Of a stretch of DNA of 64,000 bases, positions 1 through 12,095 are shown piece after piece. Location: positions 1,426,001-1,490,000 of the forward strand of contig CM120640.1 of assembly GCA_051362555.1 (NCBI GenBank), read 5' to 3'. The notes beneath the pieces were generated by a model that worked only from the letters and a program-made list of their open reading frames with translations, was not told the DNA's origin and did not search any database. The translations under genes and the position numbers were made by a program. Origin of the DNA: Lingula anatina (Eukaryota > Animalia > Brachiopoda). Positions within the stretch are counted from its first letter, which is position 1. The number at the start of each line of letters is the position of its first letter.

Positions 1-447
1 GTTCAGTCTGAACTCCCGATCTTAATTCTGCACGTCTTTTATACCATATTTCTTATCACAAGGTGGATTCAGTGCTGCATTATTTTGGCGGTACATACCA
101 ATTTTAATTATTCAAATTGCACACGTCCACTTAAGTTACATAACTACAGGTAAGGCCATAAAACGAGTCGAGTGCACAAGCAATCGACTCTAATCAAATT
201 AATTTACATGTCTGGGAATTATATTTGTGAACACTACAGATTGTTGCGTTCACGTGCCCATATGGGGATGACGTGGGCTGCTGCTGTGGTCTTACTTACT
301 TTCTGCCAATTGTCACGCTAGAATAGCTGTTCCAGAAGTAGCAGAGCCTGTAGAACCTGTAGAACCGCTGAAGAACCGCTTTGGGAACAAACACAAGGGT
401 CTCTGGTAGGGAAAGTGGTCTCACTGGGAGGTGGGCAGTGGGGTCCC

Positions 448-580
448 GTGGCGGATTTAGAGTAGGGGGTCAGGGGGATCCTGCCCCCCCCTCCCCTTCG
501 GTTTCTGAAAAATATATCACACCAATATTCCCCTCTTGAAATTAGAATTTTGACTAGCTAAATCATAGTTCTAAGCCTTA
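448..580 (+). repeat. Dispersed MITE fragment (hAT-like 5' end); related copy at ~54864-54980
   Basis: Both sites share GGATTT.GAG..GGGGGTCA.GGGG.TCCTG.CCCCCC ... CCTCTTGAAAT.AGA.TTTT.ACTAG.T.AATCATAGTTCTAA. Confidence 0.6.
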
Positions 581-3084
581 GAGAATAAAATACACTGACG
601 TCACACTGTGTCAACATTATAAAGAATTTCGATGTAGACTGTTCCAAATTGCCGAGACCCCATGACTTAAGGTTAGTTGTAATAAAGAAAAAGAAAACAC
701 AAATCTCGTTGCCTGTGCAGGAGGCCCCAGTGTAATAGCGCCTTGGACCCGGCGTGTTCGATACGTTTTAAGAGCACTTGCGGTGCATATAAAACCAAAT
801 CGCAGGCGTTTTGATGAAACAAAATCATTGACTTAGTTTGTTGCCAGTTACAAAAGAACCAAAACCTAAGACAGTCAGAATCAAACCTATGGTGCAGACG
901 TCATTAATCCACTCAGGAACAATGAATTAAGCCCCGAGCTGGGTGGTTGGACTGTATGCTCACATAACGAAATGGTCGTCCTAAGCCATCATCGGCCATG
1001 TAACCTTTTGCTTGGTTTGCAGTGTCAGTCTAGTGTTCCCTTATTTTCCAGCAATAAAATAATACCTCATGTTTCGAAAGGCAACAAATAACCATTGCGT
1101 TAGAGAAGAAAAACGCTATTTCTGCTCACATGCATTGAGCGCAATCATCCTAGATAAGGCAAAACCTAGTGGCTTAGCGTAAGGTCAAGCGATATTTCTA
1201 GAGATTTGTAGGAGAGTGAGGTCAGAAATAAAGGCAGACTAGCAAGTATTTGAGACTAAAGCTGACACTGGATTTTATTCCCTGTAGTTCTGTCAAAATG
1301 CAGCACAGCACGTACAGTGCCAATTCAACGTGCTTTGCGTGTGGTTTTCTGTATTGCTTTCTAAGCTAACATTCCCGTCGTATAGAGTTTCACTTGCAAA
1401 GTTCACCTCACCGGATTCACGCACGGTTTCCTATCTCGTATGACGCAAGACTGACTTTATGCAATCTAGGCTTATTTCCATTTTAAAACTAACTACTGTT
1501 GAATATCTTTCATTATGTCTGATGTAGAGACAGAATACAGAAAGCACAATTTGGGTACAGTTTTAATTTGGGGGTACTATTTTGCGGGGTTGGAAATCCA
1601 GCTTAGACTTCTGAAATCGCATTTCTGGTGACTTAAAGTCAACTTTGTGAAAATGGTTTATGAACGGTCCACCCACTGTTAATGACGCTGCCATGCTTGC
1701 ATGTAAAACTTGGTCGTAAAACAGAAGAACAGAAGAATATATGAGTTGTGTTCAGTAACCTAAAGACGAATGCAAACCTCCCCGTGTAAACCGGTGTTAA
1801 CAATACAATGTGGTAATCTCGGGTAAAGGCCTTTGCTGTCCTAGTGTTACCGCAGATAAGAAAACTAATGTCGTTATCAGGAATAAATGCTTTGCGGTTG
1901 AGGTGAGAAAAAGAAAACAGCTGTCTGCTATCGAGGAGATGCCTTTCATAATGGCAACTTCGGTTCTTTGGCATGTTATTTCTTTCCTCTGTTCCTGTTT
2001 TTCGAGCAGGCTTTGATATACCTGAACGCTACTTTGGCAACCAAGGGCCACAAGATAAATCCGTCTTCATTGTGTTTTATTAATTTTAAAACCCTTATCT
2101 CATCTTTTTTTCTGCAATAGGACACTTATTAATTTGCAACGGTAACCCGCAAAATCTTACGTAACTTACACTAACTCCTCCCCGACATAAACGTTCTTCA
2201 TTCTGGATGTGTCGGGAATATAAAAAACGAGCAATTTTTGTCATATTAATGGTAAATTTTATTTTGGAAAATTATCTGTTCTGAATGCATGTCCAGAACA
2301 ATATATAAATATATTAGTGTGCTTATGCCCCTAGTCTACAGCGACTACGAATTTCACGAACCGTTTGAACTGATAAATTTTAGAAATCGTGGGGAATTGT
2401 GGAATTTTGCACATATCTGGTAGAAATCTTGTCCCTGCTTAACTTCCGAAATGGATGTTCAGCATAGAGCAGCTATACAAACAGCTATACATTCACTAAT
2501 CATGTTAGATTGTTATCCTTTTTGAAAGCAGGCAGCGCCGCCTACAAGAGATAATTACAGCACGCGGTAGACAGCACGCGGTGGACATTTGACACGTCGG
2601 ATTTTAGGGGGTACATGTAATAAATGTGAATAAATGATATTAAATATTGATATCTTCACCTCTAGTTTGTCTTTTCTGTTTCACTAATCATGTTAGTTAT
2701 GGTATCTGTAATGAAAATCACTATTTATAACAATTTTCACTTGTGATGTGATCATTTATAAATAAAAGCACATGATACTGGAGGTGGGACAACCTTTTTG
2801 ACCAATGTTGTAGTACTGCTCATAGAACTGGCATCAACTGGTGATAAATAGAAGACTGGTTCCAAACTTTTGTGCCGATTTCACGATCTCTCAAAAATTC
2901 CAAGAACTGGCTGAGAATAAATAAAAATCAGTTAAAAGCTTAAAGAATTTATCACTATTGAACTAATAACACTGGAATTTATCAATCCTTGGGTTCGTGG
3001 AATTCGTAGTCTGTGTGGAATATGTGCAATGGGAGGTAGAGCAGAGACAGACGACGGACATGTAAATCATCATCATCATCATCA

Positions 3085-5492
3085 TCATTTAGAGCCTATA
3101 GTGTTCCACTGTTGGACAAAGGCCTCAGCATGCTTTTTCCATTGTTTCCTATCCTGAGCCTCAGATTTCCAGTTTGGCCAAGGTTTCTTCTTCCAAGACT
3201 TCCAGTAATCATCTAATTCATCCCTCCATCGTTTGACCGGCCTTCCTCTTTTTCTTTGTCCATACCTTGGGGTCCATTCTGTAAGCCTGATTGTCCACCT
3301 ATTGTCCTTCATTCTTTTGACATGTCCTGCCCACCTCCATTTCATTTCTTTAACTGTGAACAGTACGTCCTTAACTTTGGTCTGTTCACGTAACCATACA
3401 TTCGTTTTCCGCTCTCTTGGACTGATGTTCAACATAATTCTTTCCATCTTTCTCTGAGCTACTTGTAGCTTCTGTTCCATGGAGGCATTCAGTGCCCAGG
3501 TCTCTGAACCATAGGTGATTGCCGGGAGCACACAAGCATTGAACACTTTCTTTTTCAGGCAGGTAGGAAGGTTGCTCTTGAAGATGTCATTGTGCTTCCC
3601 ACATGCTGCCCATCCTGCTTTTATCCTTCGTTGGATTTCTTTCTCCAGTGTTCGATCACTAAGGCTGAACCGTTGCCCAAGGTATATATACTCTTCTACT
3701 GCTTCTATCTCTTTGGTGTTGACCTTCACTGTGCAAGGGGTGGTTAGTGGTCCAAACATCACCTTTGTCTTGCTGGTGTTCATCTTTAGCCCACTTTTTG
3801 CGCTTTCATGTGCTAACGCCTGTAGCATTTCTTCGAGGTCTTTTGCATCATCTGCTACTATTATGATGTCGTCTGCAAACCTAAGGTGATTGAGCCTGGT
3901 ACCGTCTATGTTTATGCCCTTGTCCTGCCAGTCTAGATCCCTGAATATACGTTCCAATGCTGCTGTGAACAGTTTAGGAGAGATTGTATCTCCTTGGCGT
4001 ACTCCTTTCTTGATCCTGATCTTATTGGTGGTCTTGTGTAGTTTGACTGTTACAGAGCTATCGGTGTATATGTCTCTGAGGACGTCTACGTATCCATCTT
4101 CGATCCCTAGATCTTGCAGGGATGCCAGTATATACTGGGTTTCTACTGAGTCGAAGGCTTTTTCATAATCAACGAATGCTACACATAGTGGAATGTTATA
4201 CTCAAGACATTTCTCTTTGAGCTGGTTGACAGTGTGCATATGATCAGTAGTGGTGTACTGGCCTCTGAAACCTGCTTGTTCCTTTGGCTGCGCTTCATCT
4301 AGTTGTCTTGTTAGCCTTTCGGTCAATATTTTGGTGTAAATCTTGTACAAATTAGAAAGTAGGCAGATGGGTCTGTAATTCTTGATGTCTTTCCTATTGC
4401 CCTTTTTGAACATTATGATCATGTTGGCGTTCTTCCATGCTACAGGAATTTTCTTCAGATTTAGCACTTTGTGAAGAGCCTGGCTAATTCCTGAGATGGG
4501 ATATCTCCTCCTGCTTTTACCATTTCTGCTTTGATGTTGTCATTTCCTGCTGCCCTTCCGTTCTTCATTTTCTGGACTGCTGACTCTACTTCCCAAGCTG
4601 TTATGTCTGGTAGATCGCATGCCTTTGTTGAGATTTCTATTCCCTTGTTGCTGTCATACAACTCTCCATAGAATTCTTCTACTCGTTCTAATATCTGGTC
4701 TTGTGTGGTGAGCTCATTTTCATCTTTGTCTAGAAGAGTCAGCATTCTATCCTGCCCTAGTTGAAAGGATCTCTTTGCTCTTTTCATGCTCTTTCCATTT
4801 TCGATGGTCTCTGCTATCTTCTTCATGTTCTGCTTCCTGATGTCTTCCCTTGCCTTCTTCTTGATGGTCTTATCCGGTTCTGCATATTCGATGTTGTTTC
4901 TGATGTCCCTGTTGTTGTTTACCTCCATTTTCTTCATCATCCGTCTTTTCTTCATGAGAATCCTCGTTTCTGTTGAGAGCTTTGAGTCCTTCATTTTACT
5001 GGCCGGTGCGACTTCTGATGCACATTCTAGGATGGTGGTCGTTATTCTATCGTTCATTTCATCTACTCCATCTTCACCTTCTAGCTCTAGTGCACTGAAT
5101 CTGTTCGTTAGGAGGATTTGGAACTCGTCTTTCTTTATGACCAGTTGCTCGATACTAGGTCTCTTTGATGGATTTGACAGGCATTTCTGTCTGTCCTTCC
5201 TGACATTGATCCTAATCACTCCCATAACTGCTCTGTGGTCACTGCCCGCATCCATCTGTTTAGCACTTTCACATCCGTGAAGATGTTCGGTCTGTTTGTC
5301 ATGATGTAATCAATTTCGTTTCTTGTACATCCATCTGGGCTTTGCCATGTCCATCTTCTTGATATCTTCTTCTTGTAGACGGTATTCATGATCTTCAAGT
5401 TATTTGCTGTCGCCCATTCAATCAGTAAGTCTCCTCTTTCATTCCTCCCTCCACTGCCAAATTTCCCTGTGGCACGCTCTTGTACATCTGAC
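3085..5492 (-). pseudogene. RTE ORF, C-terminal part (end of APE endonuclease, linker, reverse transcriptase), frameshifted
   Basis: Motifs GKFGSGGRNERG, WTWQSPDG..NEIDYI, SDHRAV, NYRPICLL, QAGFR, FVDYEKAFDSV, GVRQGDTISP, LRFADD, YIYLG. Frameshifts near 5255 and 4465 split it into ORFs 5216-5398, 4461-5255 and 3085-4467. Confidence 0.95.
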
Positions 5493-5498
5493 TAATTT

Positions 5499-5571
5499 GA
5501 TGTGATGGCCTAGTGGTTAGCACGCTTGATTCGGGTGTGAGGGGTCCCGGGTTCGAATCCTGTAGCCGCGA
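5499..5571 (+). promoter_or_regulatory. tRNA-Pro(CGG)-derived head with internal Pol III promoter at the RTE 5' end (not a functional tRNA)
   Basis: A box TGGCCTAGTGG 5506-5516; B box GGTTCGAATCC 5550-5560. TTCGGGTGTGAGGGGTCCCGGGTTCGAATCC closely resembles the eukaryotic tRNA-Pro anticodon loop, variable loop and T arm. The acceptor stem does not pair. Confidence 0.85.
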
Positions 5572-5863
5572 TTTATCATTCTGGTAAACATGTAAAACCA
5601 GTACTACCTGTATCATGGTCAGGACCCGTAAGCTTTGAACAGCAACCTGATTAGGAGTTACACAAAAAAAAACCTACTGCCTTAGTAGCAAAAATCCAGC
5701 CGGATCATAAGGCTAGCGGAGAAAAACCGTATACAAACAGAGGGCAGGCAAAGCTCTTTAGTGTGTTCACACAAGTTTGCCTAGGAATAGTGTTGCCAAC
5801 TTCAACACCCTCTCCCAACCCGCAATGGCCAGCGTGGGATGAGTAGGCCTAAAAAATTCCAGC

Positions 5864-6927
5864 ATGAAACGACCAACAAACACACGGCCCCCAGTACCCA
5901 GCCGCACAAACGCCCTGAACTTAGGAGGTGATCCTGGTTCAGACCAGCAGAGTGCAGGAGGTGTTAAGAATCTCTGGGGCAGCAAGGATCACCGAACACC
6001 AAGACCAGTGAAAAATTTCAACATCATTGTTGTCGCTTATGACAACAATTTGCGTTTACAATCGTATCACTAGTCAGCTTTGTATTATTATGCAAATCAT
6101 TTACTCTGTATATATACTGTATGCAGCAGTTCTGGGCGCGGCCACGTTGTATTTGACGAGCGAAGGCTCAGGTCGCCGAGTCTGAAGTTTTAGTAGGCAA
6201 AATTTGTGGATCAACATTTGGACGGGAAAGCCACATTTCTCTGTACGTATTGTATTCAATTCTATTGTTAATCATTTGCACAACATTTCCGTTTCTTATA
6301 ATTAATTTATTATTTCTTTTTATATTTGTATTCAATTTATGTTATATTTGTGTATTTTGTATAATTAGTTTGGTATTTATATTTCATTATTTTGTTATTT
6401 TTAGTTTCACCATGTCCATGTCAGTGTGTGCGTGAAATAAAGTGTGAACATTTCCCGTCGTTTGTTTGTTTGGTGTGGGATCCGCAACAATCATTACTTA
6501 CAACATTAGAACTCTGAAGAACAATGAAAGACTTGCAGAATTGGAAACTGAACTCCAGGACACCGGAGTTAAATGGCATGTGATAGGCTTGTCAGAAGTT
6601 AGGCGAGCGGAAGAACGCTTAATTACCTTGAATAGCGGACATATATTGTACCATACAAATGCTTCAAATGGCCAACAAGGAGTTGGATTTCTGATACACA
6701 AGGCGCTAAGCAAGAACATCATCGAGGTAAAGCAAATTAGCGCAAGGGTGGCTACAGTCAAGCTCAAAGTGAATCAGAGATTCTCAATGAATCTCATTCA
6801 GGTATATATGCACCAACATCAAGCAGACCAAATGAAGAAGTAGAACAACTGTATGAAGAAGTACAACGTCAGTTGACAACAGACTGCCACTACCACATAG
6901 TCATGGGTGATTTCAACGCCAAGATCG
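5864..6927 (+). pseudogene. RTE ORF, N-terminal part (APE endonuclease), interrupted by a solo LTR
   Basis: ATG at 5864 (MKRPTN...GGVKNLW...NFNII). Removing 6028-6494 restores the in-frame NFNIITYNIRTL, followed by IGLSEVRR, GVGFLI, QVY(APT, 2-nt frameshift near 6805) and IVMGDFNAKIG, which ends at the TSD. Confidence 0.92.
6028..6489 (+). mobile_element. Solo LTR (462 bp), BEL/Pao-like termini
   Basis: Ends TGTTG...CAACA; 5-bp TSD ATCAT (6023-6027, 6490-6494); TATA-like run near 6109 and AATAAA near 6436; precise removal restores the RTE reading frame. Confidence 0.88.
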
Positions 6928-7504
6928 GGACATGTAAACAGCAACAGAAAATTGCAATTACAAAGTAATAAGAACATTTAATTATGGCCCCCATCGTAAA
7001 CCAACTGAAATAAAGAGGGGGTACGCCAGCGCGTGGCATCAAAATACAATAAAATATTCATAATAGACATGCTGTTGTCTACTGGCGGTGACGTTCTTGT
7101 AGCAGTGGTAGTGCAGGCAGTTGATGGCTATTACACTTCGTCGTGGTAACACAAAGTCACGACAGGGTCACAGTAAATTCCATAAGTCTGCAATTTTAGG
7201 GTTCATAGTATATTACATCATTTCTGTAATAATGATAATAATAATTATCTATTTATTTAGTGTTTGCCTCGTCACCAAATTCTTAAAAACTTGATAAAAC
7301 ACTGAAACTCTCCTTAAACGATATTTATTTTGAGTATTCAATTCGACATTAGTTTTGCACGTTAAACTTAGATATATTCATGAATATTTTCTTATTCATA
7401 AATATGTCGATAATTTTTACTTTAAAATATAATTTTATGAGTCTACTTAACGTTTTATGGATTTTTAACACTAGATAAATAGATAATTATTATTATCATT
7501 ATTA

Positions 7505-9106
7505 CAGACTTGACATTTAATATGGAATATTTCAGATTCAAAGGTATACCTTCGTAAAAATGCGTTCTTTTTTCAAAAATCTCAGATCCCATATAAGATA
7601 TCTGATTAGACAAGTGTGTCATCGAGTGTGTCGCTACCAATTAACTGACTACTATGTCTGTCGCACTGCTACACTGTGTAATATGCAGTGATTTAATTAG
7701 GTAGTGCGCTTTTTGGCTGGCCAAAGTTTGGCTTTGGCGAAGCATGGTTCTGTCAGAAAAGTATCCACATGTCGGCAACTACTGCATCGAAGATTTGAAA
7801 TTCTGCATGCAAGTGGTGGGTTTTGCAGTGCGTAAAATGAGTTAAGCAGTGTTTTACAAAATTGTTTATCTGTGCCAGAATGACGCAAAAGAGACAGACA
7901 TTGCTAGATAGATTATTGTGTCACACGGAATGGTCCTCACAGTTTTATAGAATTATGCCCAGACTGATGTACCTACACAGAGACCACACCCAATGTATCG
8001 AAATCTTACCACCAGGGTACAGGACTCACTGTCCTTCTGGATATGTTGCTGCACCACCCAGTCCATTCACAATGATGGGCAAATTGCCACCAAACCGCGT
8101 TTTTCAAGACTCTTAGCGAACACCAAACTGGTTTCAGCAGGTAAGAATACCAGACGACCTCTGGGGAAGCCACTGTAAACAGCAAAACAGTATCGTCTGT
8201 TTCTCTAATAAATTGGGGACCATGACTGTTTCTGAGTAGAACACTGAAACCGCGTGGCTTTCTTTATTGAGGTCAGATTTCACCTGTACCGCTCAACTGG
8301 TCAAAACAGAGTTTACAGACATCCTGATAGGCATACGACGAAGCGTGTGCCGGGTCTGAAGAGACTGGGGTTATTGACACGTCAGTATTTGATGCCACAT
8401 CAGTGAAAAAAAAATAATGATAGTCATGGATGGAACCCGAACCAGATCAAATAAAAGAATAATCTAGGAACTAATGTGGTATCATTTGATAGGGAGCAAC
8501 TTAGGAGCAATTTTCACACAAAGTACTTTTAATAGCAGATAATTACAGAACCAAGGGAATGAGCTGCTACATTGGTCATCAAAATCGCCATTTTTGAACC
8601 ACATAGACAATATGTGGGTAGACCATTACTCGCCGAATCAACGGCCTGCATGTTCTACAACAAAACTGAACCAAATTGGACAGGTTTTGACTGATGCCTG
8701 GAATTTTATAACAGATAAAATTCTAAAAACCTATCCCAAGGAATGCTTTGCCGCTTGAAAGCTCTAGTAGCAACCAGATGAGGTCAGGCGTTACAGCGAC
8801 CGATGCTGTGACTAGACACTGACATGAGGGTCCTTTTTGGGGCGTGCAACTCTTTTAAAGACGATAATTAGGAAAATATGGAGATCCAAAAGTGGTTGCC
8901 AAATGACTTGGAAAAGGCAATCCATTTTTGTTTGCTTCACTGGCGAATTCAGTTAATGGACTGATGTCACAATGACATCAAATATATTATTAAAAATTAT
9001 TAAAACACGATTTCAATCCTTATTTTCATTTATCAGTCAGCAAAATCGGAAAAAACCTGATGAAATTTTATTTGGAAAAAATGTTCCATATTAAATGTCA
9101 AGTCTG
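7505..9106 (+). mobile_element. Decayed Tc1/mariner DNA transposon with transposase relic
   Basis: 23-bp TIR CAGACTTGACATTTAATATGGAA at both ends; TA TSD (7503-7504, 9107-9108); relic motifs WSSKSPFLNHIDNMW at 8573-8617 (cf. Tc1 WPSQSPDLNPIENLW) and RLKALVATR*G near 8752; many stops and indels. Confidence 0.88.
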
Positions 9107-10908
9107 TACATTTAAACACTTTTCTGATTTAGAGGAAACCTTATTTATGTGATAAAAATGCAGAGAAAGTCTCTGTTTGGCGAGTGCAGCAAAATGAAAT
9201 GATCACGACTGTTGTGGTTAAGAAATCGCGATAATTAGATCTTATGAAACCATTTACCATGGATCATGATGAAGACCTATCAGACATCCGGTTGTGCCAG
9301 AGATGAACAGATTCTGGTTATGTTTACATAATGATGTTGTCAGCCTTTTGTTTTGTTTTGTTTTTTATTTCTTTCCGTTTTAGACTCACCCACCCTTGCC
9401 TGCCTTAGCGTGTTACAAATAAGAGCCAAGTTTACCGAAAGAAATCGAAAGCTAATATCAAGAAACATATCTCCAAACCATGAATACTATTGATAACGCC
9501 TGGCCAGGGCACCTGTAATTAAAACGCTTTGTCACAACTCGTTTGTCACACCTGCTTGTATGCATTCTTCAATTTTACACCTCACTCTCTCGCACTCTCA
9601 CTCTTCTCAACCACCTTGCCAACCTTTATACATGGTCAGTTTATCGGCACATCACCATGGTCCGTTTTCATGTTTCTAATTGTCCACTTTAGTTGCTACA
9701 CGATAGAACCACTCTCTTAATATTCTGATGGGAGAATCCTACGCTTAAGTAATAATTTGCAACTTAAATCTTAATGAATAATTGTGTCTATAGATATAAA
9801 TTTCGCTTCACTCACCTGCCGGGAAAAGAAGACTGGTTAATCGCCCTTCGTGTGTTGTCATAAAAAAGGAGGGTGTCTTTGGTCAGAAATTTACTTTAGG
9901 TTTTTTTTCTCGTCTCATACGAGACTGTTTTTAAACTGATCCTATATCAATCTATCACGAAAAGGAATATTTTTTTCTGCCTTATTAGACGTAAAGTGAG
10001 CCTATGCCAGTCACGTGGTATACATATCGAGGGCAAAGACTAGCACTTATTTACAATATGGTGGTTTCCAGTTACGGAGAGATGAATGACAGTATACTCA
10101 TGTTCACAGGTATAAAACTCAACACTTGACGTTTAGACTTTAGAAAGCAGTTAGAAAACTCAACAGCAGTTTTAATTGTTTCTTGGTAAATAAGAAGGTG
10201 TCAGCAATGCGACAAACGGGTATAATGGCGAATCCTCTGGTTTTTGTCAACATCAAAGAGGTAAGGAAAAAGTTGACAATTTTATATATTTCTTGTCCTT
10301 TATAGTAAATTCCTTTCGCTGCGTTTGTGTTTACTGTTAAAAACAACGGATTTGTCCATTTTGGCAAGGCCTAGTGTGGAACTGGCATGTCCGTTATCTA
10401 TAGTAGTTTTCTTAAGTGATTTTGATGCAACGGTTAAAACATATTATTTGCTTATTTTTGTATACTAATTAGACCAAGACATTTACGTTTGTAATTTCTT
10501 ACATTATACAATGCGCTTGTTGTGGATGACCACTCTGCAAGACGTCAATAGAGTGGACAAACTGGACAAAGTAAAGAAATGTGCACAACTTGCAAATAGC
10601 GAGTGAAATATATGTGAATATCTAGTTCAAAAGTTCTCTCTGTGACCCTGTTGGGGGATTTTGTAGATAACATACCATGCCCTTACCGTTTTCAGAGGTG
10701 GAATTAATTTAAACAAACGTACTATGCTATCAAAAAGTAATTTTTCAAAACAACAATAATAATCACTGAATCCGCGGCCCATCCTCTTTTGCAGAAGTCA
10801 GCAGTTCCAAAGGAGGGTTCTTTTCTGACAAAAAGTGGACTTTTTTTTACCCTCTCATTCGACGTATGGGATTTGAGAAATGGAATAAAACCCAGTTCAA
10901 ACTCTGAC

Positions 10909-11479
10909 ATCAACAAGGAGACATACATACGAGTTTTGTTTTCTCGATTCAATGTCTGTGGAAAAAAAAATTTTTGACCAGTTTGAACGATGGGAATAAA
11001 TGTTGTTAGGTCTTAGAGTTCAATGGTTTTCGATATCTACAAAGGATTAAATCATTTGTGATAACAAGCCGACCATCGGTGTAAGCATTTCGTATTTCCT
11101 AATAAGGACCACGTTAAACTCTTTTAGATAAATACCAAAAGACACCATTTCATATTACCTAAAAGTGATATTTGAACGGATTTTTTCTGCTTGATTTCTG
11201 TGCTGTACACAAACGGGGCAGAAAAGTCGGTCAGATAATAAAGTTAAATTTAAGACCAAAAATGTGAAAAAGGTGCAGTTTAAAGCTCTTTTATGGCTGA
11301 TCGTGCTATTAATTCGGTTTCTCGCTTGGCATTTCGACTTTATTTGTGTTGTTTAAGAAACAAGTAGCAGTGGTGTATATGAGTAACTGGGAATCCACTG
11401 TCCACCGACGCTTGGTTCAAATGTACCTTTCATAAATGAATGCAACACAAAACTTGAAGATCATTTTGAAAATTAATTA
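10909..11479 (+). repeat. ~570-bp dispersed repeat, copy 1
   Basis: Near-identical to 12889-13467 (starts ATCAACAAGGAGACATACATACGAG, ends TTTTGAAAATTAATTA). Confidence 0.95.
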
Positions 11480-12095
11480 TTCCGACCAAAAGAGCAGATC
11501 TTTGATAAAAAGAACCCCCTCCGCCTGTTGACAGGTCCGTCGCAGTTCAGCACTTTTTCTCTCTTTTTACTACCTCAAAAAAGAAAAGATTTTTGTATTT
11601 CTGTATGTTTTGTCAAGTTATCTAACTTTAGAAGGTCTTTAAATTAAACGATAGCACATTCTTCACAGGTGTCAGAAATTAAGTGTTTAGCATGCCTACC
11701 TGCCATTGTGATGATGAATAACAATATACACCACAGTTACAAATCAATGCCTTCCTAAACACTACTGCACGATTCTGGTTCTTATGATTAAACAGTACTT
11801 AAGGGTCACTTATCACACTGATATTATTTATGAATGGTTCTTACTTAAGTCAAGATACCTTGCAGACTGAGTAATTGATTGATCTATGAATAGTCTCATG
11901 AGATTTGGTGAGTGTGACATTAACGAGCACGAAATAGATACTTGGCGTACGTCTTTGTTTATATTAAACCTGTAAACCTTTTCATTCCAGATGGTGTTGC
12001 GGCAAAAGTTAGTGTACAACTTTTTTCTCTAGCAGAAGATCAGTTTGCTTGCCCAAATTTCTGCCTAAAGGTCTTTGTAAAACTTTTCATTTCAG

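Larger units (their letters stand above)
3067..6927. mobile_element. Full-length RTE-clade non-LTR retrotransposon with 5' inversion (3' part on - strand 3067-~5495; inverted 5' part on + strand ~5499-6927)
   Basis: 11-bp direct repeat GGACATGTAAA at 3056-3066 and 6928-6938 (TSD); (ATG)n tail on the - strand at 3067-3087, directly after the ORF stop; RT and AP-endonuclease motifs typical of the RTE clade. Confidence 0.95.

Noticed and set aside
290-410. Possible minus-strand exon ending in gtaagt
   Set aside because: The splice-like signals have no identifiable product or partner exon in the window.
1639-2051. Overlapping ORFs, one with a signal-peptide-like stretch
   Set aside because: No recognisable domain and no consistent exon chain could be built; it may belong to a gene outside the window.
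3233-5280. Plus-strand hydrophobic ORFs overlapping the RT
   Set aside because: These are antisense shadows of the purine-rich RTE ORF.
5499-5571. Functional tRNA-Pro gene
   Set aside because: The acceptor and anticodon stems are mispaired, there is no downstream T-run terminator, and it is contiguous with the RTE leader.
5588-5596. ACATGTAAA in the RTE leader matching part of the TSD (RNA-guided targeting?)
   Set aside because: A 9-nt AT-rich match at a single insertion is compatible with chance; many insertion sites would be needed to test it.
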